A DNA stretch of 64,000 bases from Roseibacillus sp. (GCA_965242925.1 CBDEUM010000014.1:448001-512000), one strand, 5' to 3'; shown: positions 1 through 10,824, numbered from the stretch's first letter. Notes: generated by a model not told the origin, from the sequence alone. Program-made: numbers and translations.

Positions 1-354
1 CTCGGCTCCATCAGTCTCCTCCTCCTGCTCTTCACCCTGCCCTCCTCCATCGCCCTCATGGTCTACGCCCTCTGCACCCAGGAGGATCAGTACGCCTTCC
101 TGGGGTTATGCGGCATGTTCACCTCCCTGGTGTTCTCCATCTTCTCCAAGACCTTTGCCTCTTCCGCTCACTGCCCGCTCTGCCGCGGTCCCGTCCTCCG
201 CGGATCAGGCGCCCAGCGAAACCGACGCGCCAGACGCTCGCTCGGCAGCCATCGCCTCCGCGTCGCCCGCGATATCATCTTCACCAATTCCTTCGTCTGC
301 CCCTACTGCAACGAACAGACCCTCTGCATAGTCAGGGAACGGCGCCCGATGTAA
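1..354 (+). CDS. Hypothetical membrane protein with two CxxC motifs (5' partial)
   Basis: Frame is open from base 1; hydrophobic N-terminal segment followed by CPLC and CPYC (Zn-ribbon-like). Confidence 0.6.
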   Translation, partial: LGSISLLLLLFTLPSSIALMVYALCTQEDQYAFLGLCGMFTSLVFSIFSKTFASSAHCPLCRGPVLRGSGAQRNRRARRSLGSHRLRVARDIIFTNSFVCPYCNEQTLCIVRERRPM

Positions 355-423
355 CGACAGCGGCCCGCGGCCGAAACTGGCAACTCCTGCCCGCTGATCG
401 AAAGAACCCCGGGATATCCCAAT

Positions 424-981
424 CTACCAGTTGACTGCTACTTTCTGCTCAATTCCAGAGCCATCTGCGTATCTGACGTAGCCATGTTCGCGCCCGTGCT
501 CGTGCAGGCACTTGGTGACCTTCACATCATACGCACAGTATTCCGCGATCTTCATCAGAGGCTCGTTGCTCCCGGTGGTCTGGTGCTCTCGCCACCACTT
601 GAGGGCGTCCACCCCCACAGCGGACTTGCCGGTCCCAAGGGTGGCCGTGGCCACCTGCCCGAGCCCGATACGCCTGCCCAGGATCTCCTTCAAGTCAGCC
701 ATCAGATCGAGGTTCACCGTCCGCGAACCGAGATCCAGCACGGTATAACCTTCCAGCACACCGTAGTCGAAATGCAGGTGGTTGTAGCCCACAACCAGAT
801 CCGCCATGGTTAGAAGCTGAACGAGGTCCTCCAGTTCATCTTCCGGGTAGACGCGGTATTCCCCCGACTCGGCGCAGAAGGAACACCCTACCGAGACTCC
901 CATCTTTCCGAGGTTGGTAGCCCCACCGACGTCATTAAAGCTGCGTTGCGTTTCCAGATCGAAGTAAACCGTCCCGGCCAT
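424..981 (-). CDS. RNase H-like / DEDD 3'-5' exonuclease domain protein (YprB/RNase_H_2-like)
   Basis: Motifs YFDLET, VVGYNHLHFD and YCAYDV match the DEDD exonuclease motifs. Confidence 0.8.
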   Translation of the reverse strand: MAGTVYFDLETQRSFNDVGGATNLGKMGVSVGCSFCAESGEYRVYPEDELEDLVQLLTMADLVVGYNHLHFDYGVLEGYTVLDLGSRTVNLDLMADLKEILGRRIGLGQVATATLGTGKSAVGVDALKWWREHQTTGSNEPLMKIAEYCAYDVKVTKCLHEHGREHGYVRYADGSGIEQKVAVNW

Positions 982-1029
982 AAATATCTTGCCCGAGTAT
1001 TGAGACCGCTTCCGGGAGAGTCAACTCAC

Positions 1030-1797
1030 TCAGCCCTCAAGCTCGCGCACAATTTCCAGAATCTCGATAAAGGTCGGCCTCAGAACGACCGCGAGCAGCG
1101 TCAGGATAATGAGGAAAAACACCGTGAAGAGCAGAACGGGAAGAACAAGCGGGCCCACCACCCGCACCCTGGTCCTTGTCACGGTGTCCCACGGCGTCAC
1201 GTTGAAGCGCATGAGATACCAGATGCAGTAGACGTGACAGATCCCGGTCAGAAACGGATGCACCATGAGACCGAGTCCAACAATATAGGCTCGCAAAGAG
1301 CGCACCAGAGCTCCCTGCAGGGAAAGGGCCTGTTCCTCCGGCGTGACCACCCGGATCCCCAGGAGGAACTTGCCCGGAGTGGTCTTGGTGAGATGCAGAA
1401 TGGCAGCCTCGAGGAAGACGAAGGGCAGGAAGTAGAGGTAGAGAAACGAGCCCCCAGCCGCCTCAAGGAGATTCTGCCCGGTGAATCGGACCAGCGAGAA
1501 GACAAGAAGGAGATAGAGCGAGACATCAAACCACCGGGCAAAGAACCGCAGGAAAGGTAACGGCTGACTCGGCTGACTCGGCAGAGGCGGAGGAAGGACC
1601 TGGTGCAACTCCTCCCACGATTTCCCGAACTCCGCCCGGAAGGCGTCCATCTCCCGCAGCTTCACCCAGTCGCTCTGGTCCTTGTGCCACGCAAGTTCGT
1701 CCCCCGCAAGTTCACCGGCCTCAATACGGTCGCGGATCTGGTAGGTCTCAAACGGCCCCCGCTTTTCTCCCTCTTCAACAATCCAGATTTCCATCAC
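1030..1797 (-). CDS. RDD family membrane protein with N-terminal GYF_2 (DUF4339)-like domain
   Basis: N-terminal GPF...LAWHKDQSDWVKL; RFFARWFD and TPGKFLLGIRVV are RDD motifs. Confidence 0.8.
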   Translation of the reverse strand: MMEIWIVEEGEKRGPFETYQIRDRIEAGELAGDELAWHKDQSDWVKLREMDAFRAEFGKSWEELHQVLPPPLPSQPSQPLPFLRFFARWFDVSLYLLLVFSLVRFTGQNLLEAAGGSFLYLYFLPFVFLEAAILHLTKTTPGKFLLGIRVVTPEEQALSLQGALVRSLRAYIVGLGLMVHPFLTGICHVYCIWYLMRFNVTPWDTVTRTRVRVVGPLVLPVLLFTVFFLIILTLLAVVLRPTFIEILEIVRELEG

Positions 1798-1812
1798 GCA
1801 ACCTTTCAGTCC

Positions 1813-3426
1813 TCAGTAATTGCGGAGACAACGCGCAGGATCATGTCGCGAGGTAAGAAAGGCCGGGATCAGTGCCGCTACCACACACAGGAGAAAGGCT
1901 CCCGCTCCCACAATCATCACCTCCTGGGCGTTGATGTGGGCCGGCAGCCCATCGATCCCGTGAAAGTCCGCCGGGAAAATATCGAATCCCACCTGCTTGA
2001 GCAGTTCATATATGGGATCCCGGAAATGCACCACCAGGAGGCCAAGCCCCACACCCAGCAGGGAACCCATCAACCCGACGATCGATCCCTGCAAGGTAAA
2101 GACCCGAACCACCTGAAAAGGAGTGGCTCCCAGGGCCTTCATGACTCCGATCTCCTGCTTCTTCATGATGGTGATGGTGAAGATCACCGCCATGATGCAG
2201 AAGGCGGAGACCAGCACGATGAAGGAGAGGGCAAAGTACATCATCATGCGCTCGCGCGCGATGAGCTCTACCCAGCTCCGGTTCTGATCCTTCCAGCTCA
2301 ACACCGACCACGCGGAACCCAGGGCCTCCTCGAGCCGGGCCTGCACTGGTTCAACCTGGTAGGGATCATCCACCCGGACTCCCAGGGCCTCCACCCCGCC
2401 CTCCATGTTTTTCAGCTCCTGCCCGGTGGCGAGCGGAACGAAGACACCAGGATGCATCACGTGCTGACTGGTCTGGAAGACCCCCACCACTTCCAGTTCC
2501 CGGGGCAGGGCCACTTCCTTCATGCCACGCAACAACCGCCCATCCTCAATCTCCCGGTCCATCCTGTCGAGGATGTCGAATTGATCCAGCACCTTCTCCA
2601 CCGAACCCGGCTCAAGCAGAAACCGCGCTCCATCCCCGCTCTTCTTCCCTCCCTGGAAAATGACCAGGATCGTATTGAGCCCCTGGCGTTCGCTCTCCCG
2701 GATCTTCTCCTGGCGAATTGCATCGAGGGAATCGTAGATGCCCGCGAGGAGCTCCAGTTCGAAAGACTCCCTGGTATCCTCCACCGTCATCTTGTTGCGC
2801 AGATCCTTACGGATCTGCGCAAACATCCCGGCATGCTCCTTCGCAACGAGAGGCCGATCCGTGATCTTCCAGGCTTCCGCCAGCTGCTGCAGGTTGCGCG
2901 CGGAGTGGAGCAGGATCTTGTCTCCTACCACGATCCCGAACTGCCTGGCCGTCGACTCTGCCACCACCGCCTTCTCATCAAGTCCCATGTCCGCTGTGCC
3001 CCCCTTGAGGATCAGATCTTCCAGGGCTGCCATCTGGCGTGTGTTGGTGGTGTCGATTGCGCGGTACTCCACCGGATAGAAGAGGTCGAACCTCTCCAGG
3101 ATGGTAAAGTCCCGAAGCTGGGCGTAGGCCTCCTCCACGCCCTCCTCCTTCTCGACCTGCGCCTTGACCTCACGCCAGTCGTATATGAGCTGCTTCTCGC
3201 CCCCTTCCATCTTCTCGAGTTCGATATGGGGAGCGAAGCCCAGCAACCGACTCTTCACCTCCCGCTCGAATCCGGCCATCACTGCCAGAACCACGATGAG
3301 GACCATCACCCCCACTGCCACCCCCAGGAGACAAACCAGGGTAATGAGCGAGAAATGGGTCCGCTTCGGATTAAGATAGCGAAGCGCGAGCGTCAGGCTG
3401 AAGGACCGAAGTGCGATAAGGTTTAA
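1813..3426 (-). CDS. LolC/E (FtsX/MacB family) ABC transporter permease; start codon uncertain
   Basis: LALRYLNPKR...IVVLAVMAGF N-terminus, K(K)QEIGVMKALGA motif, C-terminal PA..ARHDPARCLR. Frame is open to 3426 but the first canonical start is at 3321. Confidence 0.85.
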   Translation of the reverse strand, partial: LNLIALRSFSLTLALRYLNPKRTHFSLITLVCLLGVAVGVMVLIVVLAVMAGFEREVKSRLLGFAPHIELEKMEGGEKQLIYDWREVKAQVEKEEGVEEAYAQLRDFTILERFDLFYPVEYRAIDTTNTRQMAALEDLILKGGTADMGLDEKAVVAESTARQFGIVVGDKILLHSARNLQQLAEAWKITDRPLVAKEHAGMFAQIRKDLRNKMTVEDTRESFELELLAGIYDSLDAIRQEKIRESERQGLNTILVIFQGGKKSGDGARFLLEPGSVEKVLDQFDILDRMDREIEDGRLLRGMKEVALPRELEVVGVFQTSQHVMHPGVFVPLATGQELKNMEGGVEALGVRVDDPYQVEPVQARLEEALGSAWSVLSWKDQNRSWVELIARERMMMYFALSFIVLVSAFCIMAVIFTITIMKKQEIGVMKALGATPFQVVRVFTLQGSIVGLMGSLLGVGLGLLVVHFRDPIYELLKQVGFDIFPADFHGIDGLPAHINAQEVMIVGAGAFLLCVVAALIPAFLTSRHDPARCLRNY

Positions 3427-3570
3427 CTACTGCTGGGTCACTGGCGTAGCAAGAGGCAATCCTCACGCAACCGGATAGGAAGCCCCGGGGAGGGTCCCGG
3501 AATTTGCGGAATCACCTCAAAGGCGATTCTTTCCTTGTCACTCGCTCCCGGCTTCCCGCTACTTACCTCA

Positions 3571-3945
3571 ATGATCAAGTTTCTCCACACCCGCATCCGA
3601 GTCTCCGATCCAGATGCCTCCATTGCCTTCTATCGGAGGCTCGGCTTCGAACTCGGAGAGCGCAAGGACTCCCCCCAGGGCAACAAGCTCGCCTTCCTCC
3701 ACCTCCCCGGAAACGAGCACTTCCTCGAGCTCACTTACTCGCCGGGCTTCGAGGTCAAATTTCCCGAGGACCTCATGCACACCTGCGTGGGCGTCCCCGA
3801 CATCATCGACTACTGTGACCGCCTTGAGAACGACGGCATCGAAATCTGGCCGGGCGGCTGGCGCGAGAAGTTCTCCTCCGGTGACCACAAGATGGCCTTT
3901 GTCACCGACCCGGACGGCTACGAAGTGGAGATTCTGGAGCGATAG
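3571..3945 (+). CDS. VOC family protein (lactoylglutathione lyase / glyoxalase I-like)
   Basis: FLHTRIRV, LELTY and AFVTDPDGYEVEI motifs. Confidence 0.85.
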   Translation: MIKFLHTRIRVSDPDASIAFYRRLGFELGERKDSPQGNKLAFLHLPGNEHFLELTYSPGFEVKFPEDLMHTCVGVPDIIDYCDRLENDGIEIWPGGWREKFSSGDHKMAFVTDPDGYEVEILER

Positions 3946-4000
3946 CTCCACCTTTGCGACCACCGGATCGGGATCTGCCAGCTCCCACTATCCCCGGCCC

Positions 4001-6037
4001 CTATTGTTCCCCTTTCTCCTCCTCTATTCTCTCCCGTAACTGCGGATAGCCCTCCAGGCCCGGATCCCGATCCAACAGATCTTCCGCCAGCGCTCTCGCT
4101 TCCCTTACAAGCTCGGTGTCGGCCAGGAAGTCGACAAAGCGCAGATCGCTCATGCCGCTCTGCGCCGTCCCGAGGACCTCCCCCGGTCCGCGCAGGACGA
4201 GATCTTCCTCCGCGATCTTGAACCCGTCCCCGGTCTCTTCCAGCACGCGGAGCTTCCGCAGGGCGTCTTCGCTCTTCCCGTCCGTTACCAGAATGCAGTA
4301 GCTCTGATGCTTTCCCCGCCCGATGCGACCCCGCAACTGGTGCAACTGGGCCAGCCCGAATCGCTCGGCATTGTAAATGACCATCATATTGGCATTGGGC
4401 ACATCCACGCCCACCTCCACCACCGTAGTGGCCACCAGGACCTGGATTTCGTTGTCTCGAAAGCGAGTCATGATCTCCTCCTTCTCCTCCGGCTTCAGTT
4501 GCCCATGCAGGAGGCCGACTTCGTAGTCCCCAAGCCTCTTCTGCCACTTCTCGAATTCGCCTGTCGCAGACGCTGCCTTCACCGCCCCACTTTCCTCCAC
4601 CAGGGGATACACCAGGTAGGCTTGCCTCCCCTTCCCGAGCTGTTCCTTGAGGAACCGGGTGACATCGGTGACTCTGGGCTTTTCCCGCACACCGGTGATG
4701 ATCCTGCCCCGACCCGCCGGCAACTCGTCCAGCACGGAGACATCGAGATCTCCGTAGATGGTTAGCGTCAGCGTGCGCGGAATGGGCGTGGCGGTCATGA
4801 CCAGCACATCCGGCATGATCCCCTGTTGGATAAGCCTTCCGCGCTGCGCGACCCCGAACTTGTGCTGCTCATCGATGATCACCAGGCCCAGGTCATGAAA
4901 GTCCACGCTGTCGTAAAGAAGGGCATGGGTGCCGATTACGATCTGCGGTTCACCCTCCAGATCGAGGTGATCACTCTCCTTCTTCGCTCCGGTTACCAGC
5001 GCAAGGCGAACATCGAGGACTGCCAGCCACTTCCGGAAGGTGAAGTAGTGCTGCTCGGCCAGGATCTGGGTCGGCGCCATCAGGGCGGCCTGGCTGCCCG
5101 ACTCCACGGCCAGGAGCATTGCGCACATGGCCACGAACGTCTTTCCCGAACCCACGTCACCCTGCAGGAGACGGTTCATGGGACGTTCACTGCGAAGATC
5201 CGCCGTAATCTCGTGCACACTGCGCTTCTGGGCCCCGGTCAGGTCGAAAGGAAGGCTCTCATAAAAGGCGCTGAGCAGTCCGGTCCTGCGACCCTGTACC
5301 CGCCCCGGATGCTCCAGATGCCGTCGGCGCCGCCACAGAACGTTCACCTGCAGGAGGAAGAACTCTTCCAGGGCAAAATAACGCCGGGCTTCATGGACCC
5401 GTTCCAATTCATCCGGAAAGTGCACGGTGCTCAACGCCTCACTGCGCGAGGGGCCCAACTCGATCCCATAGGGCCCTTCCACACTGGCGAGATCCAGTCG
5501 CGCCAGCGTCTCATGGAGCAATTCCCGCAGACGCCGCTGCGGGACACCCGTCACATTCCGGTAGATTGGAACGATCCGTTCAAGGTGGATGGAGGGCCCT
5601 CCGTCCGCCTGCACCACTTCAAACTCCGGGTGATCGACGAGGAGGCGTCCGCCGTGCTCCTTGGGCTTGCCATAGACCACCACCTCGTGCCCCACCGCCA
5701 CCATGCGGTGCACGTAAGGCATGTTGAACCAGCGACAGGTGATCTTGTTGGAGGCAAGAATGGTGTCCCCGCCTTCCTGGATCACGATTTCGTAAAACTG
5801 GCGCCGTCCTCCTAAGCGTTTCCGGGCCGAATCCACCACCGTGCCCTGCAGGCAGACTGCCTTTCCACTCGCCTGAGCCGGAAAGGCGTCGAAACGACGC
5901 CGGTCTTCGTAGCGCCGGGGAAACCAATGCAGAAGATCTTCGACGGTGTGGATCTCCCCCGCCGCGAGAGCCTGCGCCTCCTTGGAGGTAAATGGCTCCA
6001 GGGAAGAGAGAAGGAGGCTGCTGTTCCAGGCACTCAT
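4001..6037 (-). CDS. recG: ATP-dependent DNA helicase RecG
   Basis: FPRRYED, RLLQGDVGSGKT, DEQHKFGV, MTATPIPRTL, QLHQLRGRIGRG. Confidence 0.97.
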   Translation of the reverse strand: MSAWNSSLLLSSLEPFTSKEAQALAAGEIHTVEDLLHWFPRRYEDRRRFDAFPAQASGKAVCLQGTVVDSARKRLGGRRQFYEIVIQEGGDTILASNKITCRWFNMPYVHRMVAVGHEVVVYGKPKEHGGRLLVDHPEFEVVQADGGPSIHLERIVPIYRNVTGVPQRRLRELLHETLARLDLASVEGPYGIELGPSRSEALSTVHFPDELERVHEARRYFALEEFFLLQVNVLWRRRRHLEHPGRVQGRRTGLLSAFYESLPFDLTGAQKRSVHEITADLRSERPMNRLLQGDVGSGKTFVAMCAMLLAVESGSQAALMAPTQILAEQHYFTFRKWLAVLDVRLALVTGAKKESDHLDLEGEPQIVIGTHALLYDSVDFHDLGLVIIDEQHKFGVAQRGRLIQQGIMPDVLVMTATPIPRTLTLTIYGDLDVSVLDELPAGRGRIITGVREKPRVTDVTRFLKEQLGKGRQAYLVYPLVEESGAVKAASATGEFEKWQKRLGDYEVGLLHGQLKPEEKEEIMTRFRDNEIQVLVATTVVEVGVDVPNANMMVIYNAERFGLAQLHQLRGRIGRGKHQSYCILVTDGKSEDALRKLRVLEETGDGFKIAEEDLVLRGPGEVLGTAQSGMSDLRFVDFLADTELVREARALAEDLLDRDPGLEGYPQLRERIEEEKGEQ

Positions 6038-6099
6038 GAATCCTGCTCCACTCCCATTCTTCAATTCGGTAACAATCGCAAGGGTGCAACTGGCACGGC

Positions 6100-7794
6100 T
6101 TACTCCGCCGCCCGGATCTCCCTTACACTGATCTGCAGGGAAACCCGTCCCCGGAACTGGTTTCGATCAATGGTGAAGGCCACATCCCATGGGGGATCGG
6201 GGAGTTCCCGGTCGGCTGCTCCGAAATACATCGCGTCCCGCTCCTGGATTCCCTGCCGCAGGGAGAGCCGCAAGTGCCGATTCTTGAGGTGCCGCGGCGA
6301 CTCGGTAAGCCAGACCTCCCGCGACATGAACACCGGTTGCGGGTTTCCCGGTCCGAAAGGCTGCAAAAGTTCGTAGCTTTGCAGGAAATCCAGAGAGAGA
6401 TCCTTGAAGGGAACCTCCGCATCGATGTGGATTCGTGGCTTGCGGCCCTCCGCGGTGGTGTTGGTCAGGACATAGTCGCTGAAGGCCTGGCGAAACTCCT
6501 CCATCTTCGTTTCACACAGACTGATCCCCGCCGCCATGTGATGGCCGCCACCCGCTTCCAGAATCGACCCACAGGCAGCGATGGCTTCGACAAGGGAGAC
6601 GCCCTCGATGCTGCGACCACTCCCCTTGCCCATTCCTTCCCCATCAAAGGAAACCACAAAGGAGGGCCTGTGGTAGTAGCGCATGAGGCGGGAAGCAACG
6701 ATGCCGACTACTCCGGGATGCCAACGGCGCGATCCCACCACGATAACCGGATCCTTGTCCTCATCGAAGCTCTCCTCCAGTTGCTGCAGAGCCTCCTCGT
6801 ACATCTGCTGCTCGTGTTTCTGTCGCTGCCGGTTGTAGTCGTCCAGTTGCTCAACCAGTCTGGTGGCAACTTTCACGGAGTCCGTCATGAGGGCGGCAAG
6901 GGCATCATCGGGCGCATCCATGCGCCCAGCGGCGTTGATACGCGGCCCAATCCGGAATCCCACATCCCCACTGGTGGCGTGCCCGTTCATGCCGCTCACT
7001 TCCATGAGGGCACGCAACCCATGATTGGGAGTTTGCGGCAGCCGGCGCAATCCGTGGCGCACCAGGAGGCGGTTCTCCTCAACCAGAGGCACAAGGTCCG
7101 CAATCGTCGCCACCGCCACCAGGTCCAACCACTTCTTGAGATCCACCTCCTGGAGACGCCGAGTCTTGAGCAGGGCATGGGCCAGCTTGAAAACCACCCC
7201 GGCGGAACAGAGGTAGCCACAGTCGTCACCAAGCTTGGGGTTGACGACAGCTACTGCCGGGGGCCGCCCCACCAATCCGGGTTCGTGATGATCCGCTATG
7301 ATAACATCGATACCCTGTTCGGTCAGGCGCTTGATCTGGTCCCCGGAAGCTGTGCCACAATCAACCGTGATCAGAAGCGAAGGCCTGGGCCCGGCATCCA
7401 GGCAGCGATCGATGGCCGCGTCACTCAGTCCGTAACCCTCCCGACCGCGGATGGGGATAAAGGTCTGAGGGTCCAGGCCATAGGCCGCAAGAACATTGCG
7501 CAGGATGACAACCGAGGTGATCCCATCCACATCGTAGTCCCCGAAGATACAAATCCGCTCATTCTTATCGACTGCTTGCAGGATGCGCTGGACCGCGATG
7601 TCCATCTCGGGCAGCTCGAAGGGATCGCGTAAATCGCCCAGACGCGGACGCAGGAAGGTTTCCAGCTGATCCTCCGCGATGACGCCCCGCTGGGCCAGGA
7701 GGATTCGCAGGATAAAGGGCAGATCACGGTCACAACCGGTACCCGGCCGCACGCTCTCGGGCACTTTCTTTAAGATCCATTCCGTTTCCTGCAT
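6100..7794 (-). CDS. recJ: Single-stranded-DNA-specific exonuclease RecJ
   Basis: GDYDVDG, TVDCG, DHH, PRINAAGR, GGHHMAAG, PFGPGNPQP. Confidence 0.97.
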   Translation of the reverse strand: MQETEWILKKVPESVRPGTGCDRDLPFILRILLAQRGVIAEDQLETFLRPRLGDLRDPFELPEMDIAVQRILQAVDKNERICIFGDYDVDGITSVVILRNVLAAYGLDPQTFIPIRGREGYGLSDAAIDRCLDAGPRPSLLITVDCGTASGDQIKRLTEQGIDVIIADHHEPGLVGRPPAVAVVNPKLGDDCGYLCSAGVVFKLAHALLKTRRLQEVDLKKWLDLVAVATIADLVPLVEENRLLVRHGLRRLPQTPNHGLRALMEVSGMNGHATSGDVGFRIGPRINAAGRMDAPDDALAALMTDSVKVATRLVEQLDDYNRQRQKHEQQMYEEALQQLEESFDEDKDPVIVVGSRRWHPGVVGIVASRLMRYYHRPSFVVSFDGEGMGKGSGRSIEGVSLVEAIAACGSILEAGGGHHMAAGISLCETKMEEFRQAFSDYVLTNTTAEGRKPRIHIDAEVPFKDLSLDFLQSYELLQPFGPGNPQPVFMSREVWLTESPRHLKNRHLRLSLRQGIQERDAMYFGAADRELPDPPWDVAFTIDRNQFRGRVSLQISVREIRAAE

Positions 7795-7848
7795 CTTCCG
7801 ATCTCAGCTTTCGCTGTAAAGGGAAGGTAGGGATCAACCTCTGTGGGC

Positions 7849-9072
7849 TCAAGAACCTATGGGATCCACGATGAGCCGCTCTTCGGCCCAGTCCGACACC
7901 TCCCGCTGCCGCGGTTCGGCAATGTGGTCGATGAAACGATCCCAGACCCCCTGTCCCTCCAGGATCTCGACCTCGATCCGGAGGAAGTAGATGTCCACAT
8001 CGAGTTCGCTGGGCCGGGGAAAACGCACCGCATCCTTCTCGGTCGTAACGATCAATTCGATGTCGCGCTCGACACAACGGGTCATGAACCGGTCGATCTC
8101 GCGCTGGGTGAAAGGGTGATGGTCGGTAAAGGTACGATGAAACTCGACCTCGGCGCCGAGCTTTTGCAGCAGGTTCTCGAAACTCTCGGGCACCGCGATG
8201 GCGCTGATGGCCGCGATATACCTGCCCTGAAGCTCTTCAAGGGACAGCCGCTCGCCCCCAAAGACCCGTTCGAGGTAGTGCGGGGCATGGGTGGTCTGCA
8301 TGATCTCGGCGGTCGGGTTGTAGCTACGCAGACGGGAGAGAAGCCGCTCGTCGGTCGGGCCCTGGCACTTGGTGATCATGATGTGGCTGGCCCGGCAAAG
8401 ATTCCGGGCAGGCTCTCGCAGGGTGCCCCGGGGCAGAAGAGCCCGCGCCTGCGTCCCGAAGGGGGCGGTCTGGTCCACCAGGACGAGGTCGTACTCGTGA
8501 TCAAGCGCAAGATACTGCAGACCGTCGTCGAGCACGAGAGTGTCCGCTCCCAGCTCCCTTACGGCGAACCGCCCGCCATTCACCCGATCCTTGTCCACCA
8601 CCACCCGCACTCCCTCGAGATTCCTGGCCAGCATGTAAGGCTCGTCCCCGGCGTAAACGGCTTCCAGTAGCACCCCGCTGCCGTCGTTCACAATCTTGGG
8701 CAGGGCCTCGCATTCGGCCGGTCCGAGCTCCCCCCACTGCTGCGGCTCGTCGAGCTTCCGGCTCTTGTAACCGCGACTCAGGATGGCCACCCGTCGTCCC
8801 CGTTTGTGAAGGGCCCGGGCCAGCAGTTCCACCACCGGCGTCTTGCCCGTTCCCCCCACCGTAAGATTGCCTACACTGACCACCATGGTGCCCAACTGGA
8901 TCTGCTCCTTCCAGTGCTGGCGGTAGGCTTTGAGCCGGACCCTTACAATCCATCCATAGACATGGGAAAGCCCCCTGAACAAGACCCGGGTCAGCGCAGC
9001 CCCAAAGCCCCGGGCCCGCCCGAAAATCACATCGGACCCCCACTTTTCAACGTCTTCCGCGACCTGCCCCAC
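7849..9072 (-). CDS. lpxK: Tetraacyldisaccharide 4'-kinase
   Basis: [38 protein letters not shown]. Confidence 0.95.
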   Translation of the reverse strand: MGQVAEDVEKWGSDVIFGRARGFGAALTRVLFRGLSHVYGWIVRVRLKAYRQHWKEQIQLGTMVVSVGNLTVGGTGKTPVVELLARALHKRGRRVAILSRGYKSRKLDEPQQWGELGPAECEALPKIVNDGSGVLLEAVYAGDEPYMLARNLEGVRVVVDKDRVNGGRFAVRELGADTLVLDDGLQYLALDHEYDLVLVDQTAPFGTQARALLPRGTLREPARNLCRASHIMITKCQGPTDERLLSRLRSYNPTAEIMQTTHAPHYLERVFGGERLSLEELQGRYIAAISAIAVPESFENLLQKLGAEVEFHRTFTDHHPFTQREIDRFMTRCVERDIELIVTTEKDAVRFPRPSELDVDIYFLRIEVEILEGQGVWDRFIDHIAEPRQREVSDWAEERLIVDPIGS

Positions 9073-9174
9073 AAGCGTAGCCTAGCGGACCGGGTGAACG
9101 GTGTGAAAGTCGGAATGTGCGCCCATTCCATTTTCCCACCTTGCGACCTTCCGGCTCCGGGCTACGCTGCGAAC

Positions 9175-9957
9175 ATGCCCCGCCCTGACGGTCGCGAACC
9201 CGACCAGCTCCGCCCCGTTTCCTTCGTTCCAAACGTCGCTCCCCACGCTGCGGGTTCGGTCCTCGTCAGTTTCGGAAATACCCGGGTCATCTGCGCCGCC
9301 ACCGTGCAGGAGGATGTCCCCCGGTGGATGAAGGCCCAGGGCGTGCCGGGAGGCTGGGTCACCGCAGAATACAGCATGCTTCCCTACTCCACCCACGACC
9401 GGAAAACGCGGGATATCGCCCGGGGCAGGCTCGATGGCCGCTCGTCGGAAATTCAACGCCTGATCGGTCGCTCCCTGCGGGCCGTGACGGATCTCAAGAA
9501 ACTCGGCCCCCGGACGGTATGGGTCGATTGCGACGTCCTGCAAGCCGATGGGGGCACCCGCACTGCCTCCATTACCGGTGGCTGCGTGGCCCTCGCCATC
9601 GCGCTAAACGGCCTCATCGGAACCGGGGGGCTGACCGAGTTCCCGCTCACTCAGCTCGTGGCGGCGGTGAGTGCCGGGGTGTGGGAAGGCTCCCCCATCC
9701 TTGACCTGAACTATCCCGAAGACCGGGACGCAGCGGTCGACTTCAATGTCGTCATGACTGAAGACGACAACTTTGTTGAACTGCAGGGAAGCGGCGAGGA
9801 GAACATCTTCACCGGGGCCGAGATGGAGGCCATGCTGACACTCGCGCGGACAGGGATTGAGGAACTTGTCAGGAAACAAAGTGCCGCCATCCTGGCCGCC
9901 GGGCAACCGAGCGAAGAAGCGTCACCCGTTTTGGGTAGCTCCCTTAAGACTTCCTGA
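9175..9957 (+). CDS. rph: Ribonuclease PH
   Basis: RPDGR, GWVTAEYSMLP, EIQRLIGRSLR, DVLQADGGTRTASITG. Confidence 0.97.
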   Translation: MPRPDGREPDQLRPVSFVPNVAPHAAGSVLVSFGNTRVICAATVQEDVPRWMKAQGVPGGWVTAEYSMLPYSTHDRKTRDIARGRLDGRSSEIQRLIGRSLRAVTDLKKLGPRTVWVDCDVLQADGGTRTASITGGCVALAIALNGLIGTGGLTEFPLTQLVAAVSAGVWEGSPILDLNYPEDRDAAVDFNVVMTEDDNFVELQGSGEENIFTGAEMEAMLTLARTGIEELVRKQSAAILAAGQPSEEASPVLGSSLKTS

Positions 9958-10096
9958 CCTTTTTCCTCTTGTTCGGGAGGTCCTTGAAGTTAGGATCTAA
10001 TCAAGGGTGTGTACTCCAACGTGCCCACATACAAAACCGTGCCGCGTTCCAGTGTGGCACACATATAAACAACAGAACAACAACCCCGGATTCAAA

Positions 10097-10798
10097 ATGA
10101 ACATTGTAACAAGCAGCAGGCGCAAGGGCTTCACTCTCGTGGAACTTCTTGTGGTGATTGCGATCATCGTCGCCCTCGCCTCGATGGCAACCCCTCAGAT
10201 CTTCAAGGCTCTGAAGCGTGCGGCCGTCGCGGAAGCCGTTAATAACGCAAAACAAGTCAAACTGGCGCTGGATTCCTTCGCCACTGACTTTGACGGCCAG
10301 TATCCCAGCGACGACACCGCAGAGTACGTCTCGGAAGGTGGAACTGGAACGACCTACTCCAACGATTATTTCCGCCAGATGTTTCTCTCCGGAGATACAG
10401 AATCGGAGACGATTTTCTGGGTGAAGAACTCGGCTGTCGCGTCCAAGGGTGAGCCGGATAACAAGGTCAAGGAAGGCGGACGGGTCCAAGATGCCTTGGT
10501 CCTTGAGGAAGGTGACACCCACTGGGCCTATCTCACCGACCAGACCAACCTGGACACGGGCAGCCGCCCCCTCATTCTCGACGGATACAAGAAGGACACC
10601 TCCGAGTGGGATCCGGACACCTGGGACAACAAGGTGATCGTGCTGCGTATCGACGGAGCCTGTAAGACCATGCGCATGCGTAATTCCGATGGCAAGGTCC
10701 TGGACGGTTCCAAGAAAGACATCCTTTCTTCCCAGGCCGACGCATGGGACGGGGAAAGCCCCACGGACCTCCTGAAACAGCCTCAACCGGGCAGCTAG
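10097..10798 (+). CDS. Prepilin-type N-terminal cleavage/methylation domain protein (type II secretion / pilin-like)
   Basis: Class III signal RKG|FTLVELLVVIAII. Confidence 0.9.
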   Translation: MNIVTSSRRKGFTLVELLVVIAIIVALASMATPQIFKALKRAAVAEAVNNAKQVKLALDSFATDFDGQYPSDDTAEYVSEGGTGTTYSNDYFRQMFLSGDTESETIFWVKNSAVASKGEPDNKVKEGGRVQDALVLEEGDTHWAYLTDQTNLDTGSRPLILDGYKKDTSEWDPDTWDNKVIVLRIDGACKTMRMRNSDGKVLDGSKKDILSSQADAWDGESPTDLLKQPQPGS

Positions 10799-10824
10799 GG
10801 AGTATTTCGTCATCCCATCTGAAC

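Noticed and set aside
1603..3426. Long antisense ORFs (also 6274-7632, 15235-16710, 24223-25791, 26792-28837, 45487-46821, 55227-56783)
   Set aside because: Shadow ORFs of well-supported genes, expected from high-GC codon bias; no recognisable motifs.
8806..9174. N-terminal extensions of rph (likewise 13344-13538, 24085-24246, 32698-32799, 34148-34252)
   Set aside because: They overlap neighbouring genes or intergenic DNA, and the family N-termini begin at the downstream ATGs.
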